From a virus (taxonomy: Duplodnaviria; Caudoviricetes), in IMG/VR virus record IMGVR_UViG_3300046528_000200, positions 23,477 to 87,476 of that record: a stretch of DNA of 64,000 nt; one strand, written 5' to 3'. Numbering within the stretch: position 1 is the first letter of the stretch; the number at the start of each line of letters is the position of its first letter. The notes beneath the pieces were generated by a model, which was given only the letters and a program-made list of their open reading frames with translations, did no database searches and had not been told where the DNA came from. Shown piece by piece: positions 35,783 through 43,933 of the stretch. A program made the translations under genes and the position numbers.

Positions 35783-38700
35783 GCTGCCTCCAAAAGTTGA
35801 ACTTCATTTTCAATCCACGACTGCTCCCAGGTGGTCTCGCCGCGGGCGATCATCCCAAGGTGCATCTCCAGCAGGCCGTCACGGATAGCGTCAGGCGTTG
35901 GGTAGGCGCCGATCTCGGTCTGCCGGTAGAAGTTCGGGCCGAACGAGATGGTGGAGACCACCTCGAGGTCCATCGTGGCAAACGGCGCCGTCATGGCCGC
36001 GTGGCAGCGCGGCAGGAACGCCGGCAGATCGTCGATCATCACCGACCACACCACCTCATCGTGGATCGGGCCGTAGCAGACCGCGTCGAAGTCGTACGAC
36101 AGGTTGTCGCGCCACATACGCCCTTCCGCAAGCTTCGTCTGCTCGCCGGCCGGGCCCTGCACCTTGAAGTTGACCGCCTGGCGCTCGGCCTTCGATTTCT
36201 CGAAGTTGGTGCCATTGAGCAGCTGGTCGCTCAGGTGGCGCACGCCGCCGCCCAGGGTACGCACGACGCCGTTTTCCTTCACCTCGGCCTTGATGTCTTC
36301 CTTCCACTGCTGGGCGACCGGGTACATCGCCTCACGCGCATCGAGGAACAGCTGAGCGCGCTCGACCGGGATCATCAGGGTGGCGGCCACCTTCTCGGCC
36401 ATGGCGCCGTATTCGGCCGTGAAGTTCACCTTCTTGCCCAGGTTGCGGATGTCCTTGACGTGCTTGGCCAGCACCTTGTCGCCGCTGGCCAGCGCCGCTT
36501 CGAAGTCCTCGTACGTCCAGTCCAGACCCTCTTCCTCGCGGATGATACCGAGGCCTGTGATCGTGTGCGGCGACTTGCGCTTCTCACCCTGGAAGCACGA
36601 CAGCGCGTTCGGATCCTGCGACTGGAACGCGATCAGCACCATCTCCTGGGAGTCGAAGTCCATGGAGACGATGACGGCGCCGGGCCGGTGCGGCACGATC
36701 ACCTCGCGGAACTTGGCCTCCTGCCCCTCGATCTTCTGGTGCTTGGGCAGCTGCTGCTTGTTGGGCTTCGATTCGCTGGCACGGCGCGTGACGGTCGAGC
36801 ACTGGTTGTGCTGCGAACGCACCCGGCCGTCCTTCCAATGCGTGAAGTACGGATACTTCGAGTAGTAGAGCGAACGGCGCGTGGTGACCATGCCCATCAG
36901 CTTCAGGGCTTCCAGCACCGGCTTCTGTTCCGGTGTGCAGTCCTGCAAGCCGTAGGCCACCGCCAGCAGATCGGTCTTGGGCGAGCCCTCGCGGATGCCG
37001 GCTTTCTTCATGGCCTCGGTCGGCATGTTGCGCACCTTGACCGGCAGGCCCATCACCTCGTACATCAGGCGCTGCATCTGGATAGGCGAGCCCTTGTTGA
37101 ATTGCGGCTCACCCTTGAAGTGGCGGCGGACGTAGGTGGTAAATTCCTTCTCAGCTGCGCAGACCCGCGCGTTGTCGGTCAGCTGCTGCTCAGACATCTG
37201 GAAGTCAGGGGGCCGAACCTCGAAACCCGCAGCCTTCAGGCTCTCCTGCAGGGCAGTAGAGACCGGCTGCATCTGCACCAGCCGGTCCAGCATCTCGGCA
37301 AACTGCAGATGCTCGGTCTCGGTACGGATGAAGGTCACGATCTTCGACGGCGTGCGCATCATCGTGTCCAGCACTTCGCCGGTCACGATCGTGTATGCCT
37401 CCTTGATCTGCGCCGGCGTGATGTCGACCGTATAAACTGGCGGCGACGTGCCGGCCCAGCCCTGCTCGATCAGGTACTGGCGCACCACGCCCCAGGCCTT
37501 CTCGTAGGTGATGTCGTCCTCACGCTCGAGCTCCTTGCAGCGTGCCACCGAGATCTCGGTACCATCGATGAAGTTCTTCGCATGCTGGTAGGCCGCGTCG
37601 AGCTCCACCTCGAGGTAGACGCGGTACGAGTGCTCCAGCTGCATGAACAGCTTGTAGTAGTTGTGCAGCGCGATCGTGCAGATCGTGTCATCAACACCGT
37701 AGCCGACCACGTGCGTCGCCGGCAGCTCGTTCATCTTGTAACGGCGCGTCTGGGTGGCTACGACCGGCACCATCACCGGCTTGCCGTCTTCGCCGATTTC
37801 GCCCGACTCAACCTCCACCAGCTCCGGCTTCGTGATCTCCATCGGCACGATGCCGGCGGCGACTTCTTCATCGGTGAGCGGCTCGAACTTGCCAGTGCCA
37901 ACCGTCCGATACTGGTAGTCCTCGCGCACCAGGCGGCCACCCTTGAACAGCTGGTCAACCGGCGCCGTGATCTCGCACGTCTCCTTGTAGGTCTGCTGGC
38001 GATAGCCCAAGGTTCCGTGGCTTCGCTCCTTGAGGCCAACCGGGATATTCTCGTTCACGTAGTTCGCCTCGAACTTCGTGTCGCGCACATTCGGCAGGAA
38101 GCCGTGATAGCCGTTGTCCATCTGGCGCGCGCCCCACTCGTTGAAGAGCACCGTCAGCTCGAACGAGACGTTCTGGATGATGAGGGCGATCTCCTGTGGG
38201 ATCGAGGCGATGAACTGGCGAAGCAGCTCGGAGTCGACGTTGTCGGTGTCGGCGTGGTCGACCGGGAAGTACAGGCTGTACTGGTTGTTCGGGCCGAAGG
38301 TCAGCGCGAGGCCCGTCAGCATCGAGCCGAACACGTCGACACCATCCGGATCACCCAGTGCGGCCAGCCATTCGTCCGACTCGTCCGGCGTCGAGGTCTC
38401 GATGTCGAGCGAGACTTCGTGGTGCGCGCAGATATGCGGCATGGCCCAGGCGATGGCCTGCTCGAACGTGCTGCCGGTGATGAGCCGTGTGCGGCCGTAC
38501 CAGGGCTTCAGGCGCGGGTCGCGGTCGGTCGGCGCCAGCTGGCGCACCATGCCGGCTTCCCACTGCAGCGGCTGGCGCATGGTGTTGACCCACTCAGGCC
38601 GCACGCGTGCCAGGTCGAAGCAGCGGATCACCTGCGGCGCGTTATCGAGAATCAGCTGCAGCAGCTTGTCGTCCTTGCCGATGAAGTCGCCCAGCGGCGA

Positions 38701-39414
38701 CAGGTCGCTGCGCGCCAGCATGTCGTGGATCTGCTGCAAGCCGTCGTAGCCGTACTTCTCGCACAGCGCCTCGAACTTCTTCGGGCCGAAGCCCGGGCAG
38801 CCCTTGATGTTGTCGCTCGAGTCACCGACCAGCGCCTTGTAGGTCGTGACCAGGTGATAGTCGAAGGTGCCGTACTTGTTGTACTCGAACATCTCGTTGA
38901 TCCACGTCGAGACACGCGCGCCGTGCGCGTTCGGGTGCAGGTTCAGCACCGTCAGGTCGTTGTCGAACGTGAAGACGATCAGGTCGTCCTCGGTGTTGTG
39001 AGCCAGCCACCCAAGCGTGTCGTCGCCCTCGGCGAAGTCCTGCGTGAGCACCTGCGCGCCCAACTCGAGGAAGGTCTGCTTGAGCATCGCGCGCAGCTTC
39101 TCGAACTGCTCGTACGCGGCCGGGTGCCGGCTGCTGGCGCCGCCGCCCTTGTACTGGTTGTCGATCAGGAGACGCTTGCCCTTGCTGTTCTGACCTTCGA
39201 ACACCAGGATCACGTCGATCGGGTTGAGCTTGTACGCCTTCATGCAGTCGAGCATGCGGCCCAGCGTGTTGTCGTAGCCATACAGCGCGCTGTTGATGTA
39301 GACCTTCTTGCCTTCGTGCTCGACTTCGAAGCCGTTTTCTTTGTCGGTGCCCCAGGACATCATCGTCCACATGAAGGACGAGCAGTCGAAGGCGCCGCGA
39401 CGGTATTTTTTCAT
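35779..39414 (-). CDS. polA: Family A DNA polymerase with fused 5'-3' (flap) and 3'-5' exonuclease domains
   Basis: N-terminal AFDCSS...FAEGDD...DND...LVGDSSDNIKGCPGFGPK; LDIET; motif A MDFDSQE; motif B RNLGKKVNFTAEYG; motif C IHDE. Confidence 0.95.
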   Translation of the reverse strand: MKKYRRGAFDCSSFMWTMMSWGTDKENGFEVEHEGKKVYINSALYGYDNTLGRMLDCMKAYKLNPIDVILVFEGQNSKGKRLLIDNQYKGGGASSRHPAAYEQFEKLRAMLKQTFLELGAQVLTQDFAEGDDTLGWLAHNTEDDLIVFTFDNDLTVLNLHPNAHGARVSTWINEMFEYNKYGTFDYHLVTTYKALVGDSSDNIKGCPGFGPKKFEALCEKYGYDGLQQIHDMLARSDLSPLGDFIGKDDKLLQLILDNAPQVIRCFDLARVRPEWVNTMRQPLQWEAGMVRQLAPTDRDPRLKPWYGRTRLITGSTFEQAIAWAMPHICAHHEVSLDIETSTPDESDEWLAALGDPDGVDVFGSMLTGLALTFGPNNQYSLYFPVDHADTDNVDSELLRQFIASIPQEIALIIQNVSFELTVLFNEWGARQMDNGYHGFLPNVRDTKFEANYVNENIPVGLKERSHGTLGYRQQTYKETCEITAPVDQLFKGGRLVREDYQYRTVGTGKFEPLTDEEVAAGIVPMEITKPELVEVESGEIGEDGKPVMVPVVATQTRRYKMNELPATHVVGYGVDDTICTIALHNYYKLFMQLEHSYRVYLEVELDAAYQHAKNFIDGTEISVARCKELEREDDITYEKAWGVVRQYLIEQGWAGTSPPVYTVDITPAQIKEAYTIVTGEVLDTMMRTPSKIVTFIRTETEHLQFAEMLDRLVQMQPVSTALQESLKAAGFEVRPPDFQMSEQQLTDNARVCAAEKEFTTYVRRHFKGEPQFNKGSPIQMQRLMYEVMGLPVKVRNMPTEAMKKAGIREGSPKTDLLAVAYGLQDCTPEQKPVLEALKLMGMVTTRRSLYYSKYPYFTHWKDGRVRSQHNQCSTVTRRASESKPNKQQLPKHQKIEGQEAKFREVIVPHRPGAVIVSMDFDSQEMVLIAFQSQDPNALSCFQGEKRKSPHTITGLGIIREEEGLDWTYEDFEAALASGDKVLAKHVKDIRNLGKKVNFTAEYGAMAEKVAATLMIPVERAQLFLDAREAMYPVAQQWKEDIKAEVKENGVVRTLGGGVRHLSDQLLNGTNFEKSKAERQAVNFKVQGPAGEQTKLAEGRMWRDNLSYDFDAVCYGPIHDEVVWSVMIDDLPAFLPRCHAAMTAPFATMDLEVVSTISFGPNFYRQTEIGAYPTPDAIRDGLLEMHLGMIARGETTWEQSWIENEVQLLEAA

Positions 39415-39587
39415 TGAAAACTCCCGATAATGATTGCTGCCGCAAGCCAGATCGTCATCCTGATTTCGTGGTGCGCGACCTTCCCCTCATTCTGGCGACA
39501 GGCGTACCAACCAGCGTAGACGGTGTGAGTCACAGCTGATGCCGCACACCAGCCAAGGCCCGTAATCGTCACACCTGCGATAGTCAT
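39411..39587 (-). CDS. Small membrane protein
   Basis: ATG 39587, ATGA coupling on both sides; hydrophobic. Confidence 0.55.
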   Translation of the reverse strand: MTIAGVTITGLGWCAASAVTHTVYAGWYACRQNEGKVAHHEIRMTIWLAAAIIIGSFQ

Positions 39588-39820
39588 GCCCGCCTCCGCA
39601 TCTTTTCCTGCCGCTCGACCTCGCATTGGCAAGTCGTGCAGCGCACCCGCTTGTAGGCGATGCGCACGGCCGGCAGAGTCTCACCGCAGTCGATACAGTC
39701 GACGCCGTTGAAGTCCGGGTGGGTTTGCGTCAGCTGGGTGCGCACGCGTGCCAGGGCGTCCACGTTGGCCTGCTCCTGCAGCTCGGCGGCCATATCGAGT
39801 TCGTCGCTGCGCTCGCTCAT
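39584..39820 (-). CDS. TraR/DksA C4 zinc-finger protein
   Basis: DELDMA...E N-terminal acidic helix plus CIDC...R...RCTTCQ. Confidence 0.85.
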   Translation of the reverse strand: MSERSDELDMAAELQEQANVDALARVRTQLTQTHPDFNGVDCIDCGETLPAVRIAYKRVRCTTCQCEVERQEKMRRRA

Positions 39821-40344
39821 TTGAGACCCTCGAGCACGGTGTAGTGCAGCTGCAGGAACAGCGCTTCGATGGTGCTATCGTTCACGATGACGTGGTCACC
39901 GGCACGGAAAGCAATGCCTGCCTCCGACGCATGCCTAGCGTTGGCGCCCAGCTCAGCTGCGCGACCGGTCACATGCAGCACCTTGCCGCCCAAGCGCCGG
40001 ATCATCGCGGCCTCGTTCTCGAAGCGCACATCCGAGAAGACGACGCGCGGGATGCGCATCGACTGCAGCTTCATCTCCATGACCTTGACCCAGATTTCCG
40101 GATCCAGTCCGCGGCCCCATTCGGTGCCCAGACGCTGCGCCGCCTCGCGCCAGGTAAAGCTGAAGCCCTCGATCAGCAACTCCTTGGCCGCGCGGTCAGT
40201 TGGCTCCGGCAAGCCGGCAACCTCCAGCATCTCCTTGAGCGGCCCAGCAAACGACAGCTTCAGAAAGCCGTGCTCACGCACGAGGTAGTCGGCAACCGTA
40301 TCCTTGCCAGCGCCGGCCTTGCCGGTGATCCCTGCTAAAATCAT
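39817..40344 (-). CDS. Deoxynucleoside monophosphate kinase
   Basis: GITGKAGAGKDT, FAGPLKE, QRLGTEWGR and SDVRFENE motifs. Confidence 0.9.
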   Translation of the reverse strand: MILAGITGKAGAGKDTVADYLVREHGFLKLSFAGPLKEMLEVAGLPEPTDRAAKELLIEGFSFTWREAAQRLGTEWGRGLDPEIWVKVMEMKLQSMRIPRVVFSDVRFENEAAMIRRLGGKVLHVTGRAAELGANARHASEAGIAFRAGDHVIVNDSTIEALFLQLHYTVLEGLK

Positions 40345-40565
40345 GATTTATCCCTGTTGTGGAGCCAGTTGAAGAACCGGCGAAAGTAAAAGCTTCGAAC
40401 CAACGAAACGACGGTGAAGAAAACGGTGATGCTCAGGCTGTCCAGCGGCGAGCTGTGCAGATGCCAGAGCGGGTTGACAAAGTAGTGCTGCAGCACCACG
40501 CTGAGAAGAAACGCGACCAGCGTGCTGCACACGGTCTCGATGGCGGTCTGCCTCACAGTCTGCAT
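40341..40565 (-). CDS. Small two-TM conserved phage membrane protein (DUF7220-like)
   Basis: ATG 40565; MQTVRQTAIE...FTVVSLVRSFYFRRFFN pattern. Confidence 0.7.
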   Translation of the reverse strand: MQTVRQTAIETVCSTLVAFLLSVVLQHYFVNPLWHLHSSPLDSLSITVFFTVVSLVRSFYFRRFFNWLHNRDKS

Positions 40566-41617
40566 ACGCCCTCCCGCTGCATATCGGCCGGCAGCTGCTG
40601 GTACTGGCTCTCGAGCCAGGCGCGGATCGATTCGACCTTGGCCTGCGCCAGCGCGAACGGGTACTGGCTGCCGGAAAACACGTGCTGGCGAAACTTCGCT
40701 GGCGCGATCACGTCCGGCACCAGCAAGTTGTGCCAGATCTGCAGCTTGCTGCGGTCCGACATCTGCAAGTCGTCGACGATGCCAAGGCAGTCGCGCAGTA
40801 CCCGCTCGGTGCTGCGCAGCCGCGGCAAGTCGAGGGGCAGCATCCGCAGCTGGGTGATCAGCTCCGGGCAGTGGCCGCCCAGCGACAGCAGGCGCAGCGC
40901 CTGCAGGGCGTAGTCTAGCCCTTCGAACTCCTCGAAGCGCCGGCGATGCGTGTGCAGGACCGAGCGCAGCATCGCCAGCTGGTCGAAGCGGCAGACATAG
41001 TCGGCTTCGCCGCGGCTCGACTCCAGCATCTCCTGCACCATGCCGCTCACGCCATCGCCCCAGGGCGAGTCGCACGCCGGCCTGCCGTTCTTCACGCCGA
41101 TGACGATGTCGTCGGACAGCACCGCGTAGTAGTTGTCGTCGTCGCTGACCAGGTCCAGCACCGGCAGCGACGAGACAGCCGCCGTCGCCGCCTCGATCGA
41201 GAGCATGGCACCGGCCGTGACGTCAGGCTGGGAAGGGAAGCCGAGCGGCACCGAAAACAGGAACGCGCGCTGGCCGACCTTGAGCTTGGGGAAGGCCCAG
41301 CGGCAGTTGGCGAAAGCGCCGCCGCGCATGATGGCGGAAGGCTTGTGCCAGAGGTCGTCCAGCGTCTTGGTCCAGAACCGGTGCAACGAGCTGGCGTCCA
41401 GCGCCATCGGCACGTTGAGGTAGTCGGAGAGCGGCACGCGGCCAAGGGTCGCGCGGCAGGCGAGCGGCGGCGCCGCCCACGGCAGGTCCGTCAGTTCAAT
41501 CCGGCCCGGGTTGCGCTCCTCCTCCGACAGTGGAGACGCGAGAAAAGCGGCCGAGACCGCTTTCGAGAGGGACCGGATCTGCGCCGCGGCGCTGATCTGG
41601 TGGGAGCTCATGGTCAA
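40553..41617 (-). CDS. Hypothetical protein (354 aa, no family recognised)
   Basis: Long ORF coupled to mazG (ATGA) and overlapping the next gene. Confidence 0.7.
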   Translation of the reverse strand: MTMSSHQISAAAQIRSLSKAVSAAFLASPLSEEERNPGRIELTDLPWAAPPLACRATLGRVPLSDYLNVPMALDASSLHRFWTKTLDDLWHKPSAIMRGGAFANCRWAFPKLKVGQRAFLFSVPLGFPSQPDVTAGAMLSIEAATAAVSSLPVLDLVSDDDNYYAVLSDDIVIGVKNGRPACDSPWGDGVSGMVQEMLESSRGEADYVCRFDQLAMLRSVLHTHRRRFEEFEGLDYALQALRLLSLGGHCPELITQLRMLPLDLPRLRSTERVLRDCLGIVDDLQMSDRSKLQIWHNLLVPDVIAPAKFRQHVFSGSQYPFALAQAKVESIRAWLESQYQQLPADMQREGVCRL

Positions 41618-42213
41618 GCCTTGTCGGCGCGCGCCTCAGCCGCCAGATCGGTGTACTTCTCCGGGTAGCGCAGCTGCAGCTTGGCGATGTTGTCGGCGGC
41701 GAGCTGGACGATGTCGAGGCCGGCCAGGTATGCCAGATCGACCAGATGGCGAACGATGCTGCGCGCTTCGATGGTAGGGTCGATCAGCGGCGGCATATCG
41801 CAGTACATCGATTCGACATACGACGCCAGCCGGCCGCTGTGGATCTGCAGGCGGCGCACGATGCTGGTCAGCGCTGGCAGCAGCGGCGTATCGAAGCCGT
41901 AGGCTGCATCCAGCTGCAGCGTCGTGTGCGTGAACGCTTCCTGGTTGCCCTGCACGCTGCCGATGATCGGCAGATACCAGAGCACGTCGCCGATCTCTTC
42001 GCCGATCAGCTGGCGGTACGTCTTGCCCTTGTCTTCGCCCTTGTCCATGATGCTGTCGAGCGATTTGCCATAGATGGCGATGCGCTTGACGATGGTGCCG
42101 ATCTCGCCGGTTTCGGTGAGCACGCCCAGCGCGGCGTGCTCGAGGCGCAGGAAGTCGGTCGGCAGGAGTTTTTCGGTGCGGGCCGCGAGGGCCGGGTACT
42201 CTGCGAAGTTCAT
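41614..42213 (-). CDS. mazG: MazG-like NTP pyrophosphohydrolase
   Basis: HAALGVLTETGE...EEIGDVLWY...NIAKLQLRYP. Confidence 0.8.
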   Translation of the reverse strand: MNFAEYPALAARTEKLLPTDFLRLEHAALGVLTETGEIGTIVKRIAIYGKSLDSIMDKGEDKGKTYRQLIGEEIGDVLWYLPIIGSVQGNQEAFTHTTLQLDAAYGFDTPLLPALTSIVRRLQIHSGRLASYVESMYCDMPPLIDPTIEARSIVRHLVDLAYLAGLDIVQLAADNIAKLQLRYPEKYTDLAAEARADKA

Positions 42214-42250
42214 GGTGTTCTTTCGTGGGTAGTTGTGGGACAGCGTGGGA

Positions 42251-42961
42251 TTACTTCATCGCCTTCAGGGCTTTGTCGATCGACTTCTTCAGGTTCGCGT
42301 CGCAGTCCTGCTTCTTGAACCACTGGAGGTATTCCTTGGGCGTCTCCATCAGCAGCATGCCCTTGTGCTTGCCGAACGGCCAGCGGTGCACCGTCGTCTC
42401 CTGGGTCTCGTAGAAGTCGCGCAAGGTGCGCCGGCCGGCGCGGGCCATCAGCTCACGCAGCAGGCGGTGCGTGGTCGCCACGTCGGCCATGGCGCGGTGC
42501 GCCTCGTTGACCGGGAAGCCGAAGTGCTCACGCAAGGTCGGCAGCTTGTGGTTGGCGGTTTCGCCGACGATCGTGTTGCGGGCGTGGAACAGCGTGCAGA
42601 TCGAAGCGACGATGTTGCCGATCCGGTGCAGACGCTTGATGTCGAAGCTGGCGTTATGGGCGATCAGCACGATGTCGCGACCTTCGAAGCGGCCGTCCAG
42701 GTAGCCGGGCACCGTCAGGAACTCGTCCAGCGTCGGTGCGCTGGCGACCATCTCCTGCGTGATGTTATGCACAGCCATGGCGCCGGCCTCGATCTCGCAC
42801 TCGGGGTCGATCAGCGACTGGCACTCGTCCAGCACTTCCAGCGTCTCGGGGCAGATCTCGCGCAGCGCGATCTCGCACGCCGGGCCGTTCAGGCCGGTGG
42901 TCTCGGTGTCGGCGATGACGAAAGCCAGCGGCCGCAGTTCTTGTTGTTCTTGCATATCCAA
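42251..42961 (-). CDS. DnaQ/ExoX-like DEDDh 3'-5' exonuclease
   Basis: DTETTG, AHNASFD and HRAMAD motifs, plus C-terminal PFGKHKG domain. Confidence 0.9.
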   Translation of the reverse strand: MDMQEQQELRPLAFVIADTETTGLNGPACEIALREICPETLEVLDECQSLIDPECEIEAGAMAVHNITQEMVASAPTLDEFLTVPGYLDGRFEGRDIVLIAHNASFDIKRLHRIGNIVASICTLFHARNTIVGETANHKLPTLREHFGFPVNEAHRAMADVATTHRLLRELMARAGRRTLRDFYETQETTVHRWPFGKHKGMLLMETPKEYLQWFKKQDCDANLKKSIDKALKAMK

Positions 42962-42977
42962 GGAGTTTCTCCTGTAG

Positions 42978-43005
42978 AAAAGGGACCGCCGAAGCGGTCC
43001 CTTTT
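42978..43005 (-). terminator. Intrinsic terminator after SSB-like gene
   Basis: AAAAGGGACCGC-CGAA-GCGGTCCCTTTT (UUCG loop on the minus strand). Confidence 0.85.
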
Positions 43006-43023
43006 GGGTGGGTTGAGGGTCGC

Positions 43024-43836
43024 TTACGCGGCCGGGGCGCCGTAGCGGCTGAAGTTGGCGACGGTCCAGTCGCGGTCACCCTTGCTGACCGGCTCGCACT
43101 CGATCTGGATGCGCTCGGAACCAGCGGCATCGAGGATACCCTTGCCGACCTTGAACGCCTGGTCCAGCATGTAGCGGTCGAAGGTGGCCTTCGAGGTCGG
43201 CGGCAGGCTGACCTGCACCAGGCAGTCCTGCAGTTCCGGAACCGCCTTGCGGCCCTTCTCGCCCAGGTCGAACAGCGAGCCGCAGATGACCATGCGCTTC
43301 GTCATCTTGGCTTCCGGATAGCCCGATTTTTTCAGCTGTGCCAAATAGTCGTTGCAGTCATCGCCCTGAGTCGTGGTGATGCCGTCGGTCGAGTAGCGGA
43401 CGTGCTCCTTGGACGCTTCCTTGTCCTTGTCGTCGCCGCCTGGCGAAATCACCCACTGATCCTGATAGGACAGCAGTTCCAGGCCGAAGCTGCCACCCAG
43501 CGACTTTCCGGTCTGGTTGTCGACCAGGTTGCCATTGGTCAGCTTCAGGCTGCGCAAGGTATCCCACTCAACCGTGAAGGCGTCCTTCAGCGGCGCCAGC
43601 GGGTTCACCATCGGCTTGGCCACAGCCACCTGACCGGCCTTGGCCGATTGGGTCGCCACATCGCGAGATGCCGACGGCTTGACGTCATCTGCCGGTTTGG
43701 CTGCAGCGTGCTGGGCTGCAGCTTCAGCCAGACGAGCCTGCGCTGCGCTGCGGGTGTCGGTTGCGCCGTTCTCGATGACGTTCTCGTCGTCCGGAGCTTC
43801 GAAGGAAGGGGTGGATTTTTGATTGGTCAGTGCCAT
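43024..43836 (-). CDS. Single-stranded DNA-binding-like protein
   Basis: Strong promoter and own terminator imply high expression; adjacent to primase-helicase; beta-rich C-part. Function is inferred from context. Confidence 0.5.
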   Translation of the reverse strand: MALTNQKSTPSFEAPDDENVIENGATDTRSAAQARLAEAAAQHAAAKPADDVKPSASRDVATQSAKAGQVAVAKPMVNPLAPLKDAFTVEWDTLRSLKLTNGNLVDNQTGKSLGGSFGLELLSYQDQWVISPGGDDKDKEASKEHVRYSTDGITTTQGDDCNDYLAQLKKSGYPEAKMTKRMVICGSLFDLGEKGRKAVPELQDCLVQVSLPPTSKATFDRYMLDQAFKVGKGILDAAGSERIQIECEPVSKGDRDWTVANFSRYGAPAA

Positions 43837-43904
43837 TTTCGTTACCTTTAAAGTTGTCGTCTTGCCGGGTCAGGATCCCACGCCCGGCATGTGGGTGAAA
43901 ATTC

Positions 43905-43933
43905 AGTATGGCAAACTTGTTGAGCCGTGTCAA
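43905..43933 (-). promoter_or_regulatory. Strong sigma70-like promoter
   Basis: Minus strand TTGACA-17 bp-CATACT, extended TG, AAGTTTGCC overlapping -10. Confidence 0.75.

Noticed and set aside
37700-37980. Possible intein in the polymerase insert
   Set aside because: No N-terminal C/S block, no His-Asn-C/S/T junction, no LAGLIDADG motif; treated as an ordinary insertion.
35797-39417. 1206-aa plus-strand ORF opposite the DNA polymerase (likewise 43823-46309, 17917-19428, 8820-10184, 4396-5727, 680-1891)
   Set aside because: Same antisense artefact: these mirror real genes codon for codon and lack recognisable domains.
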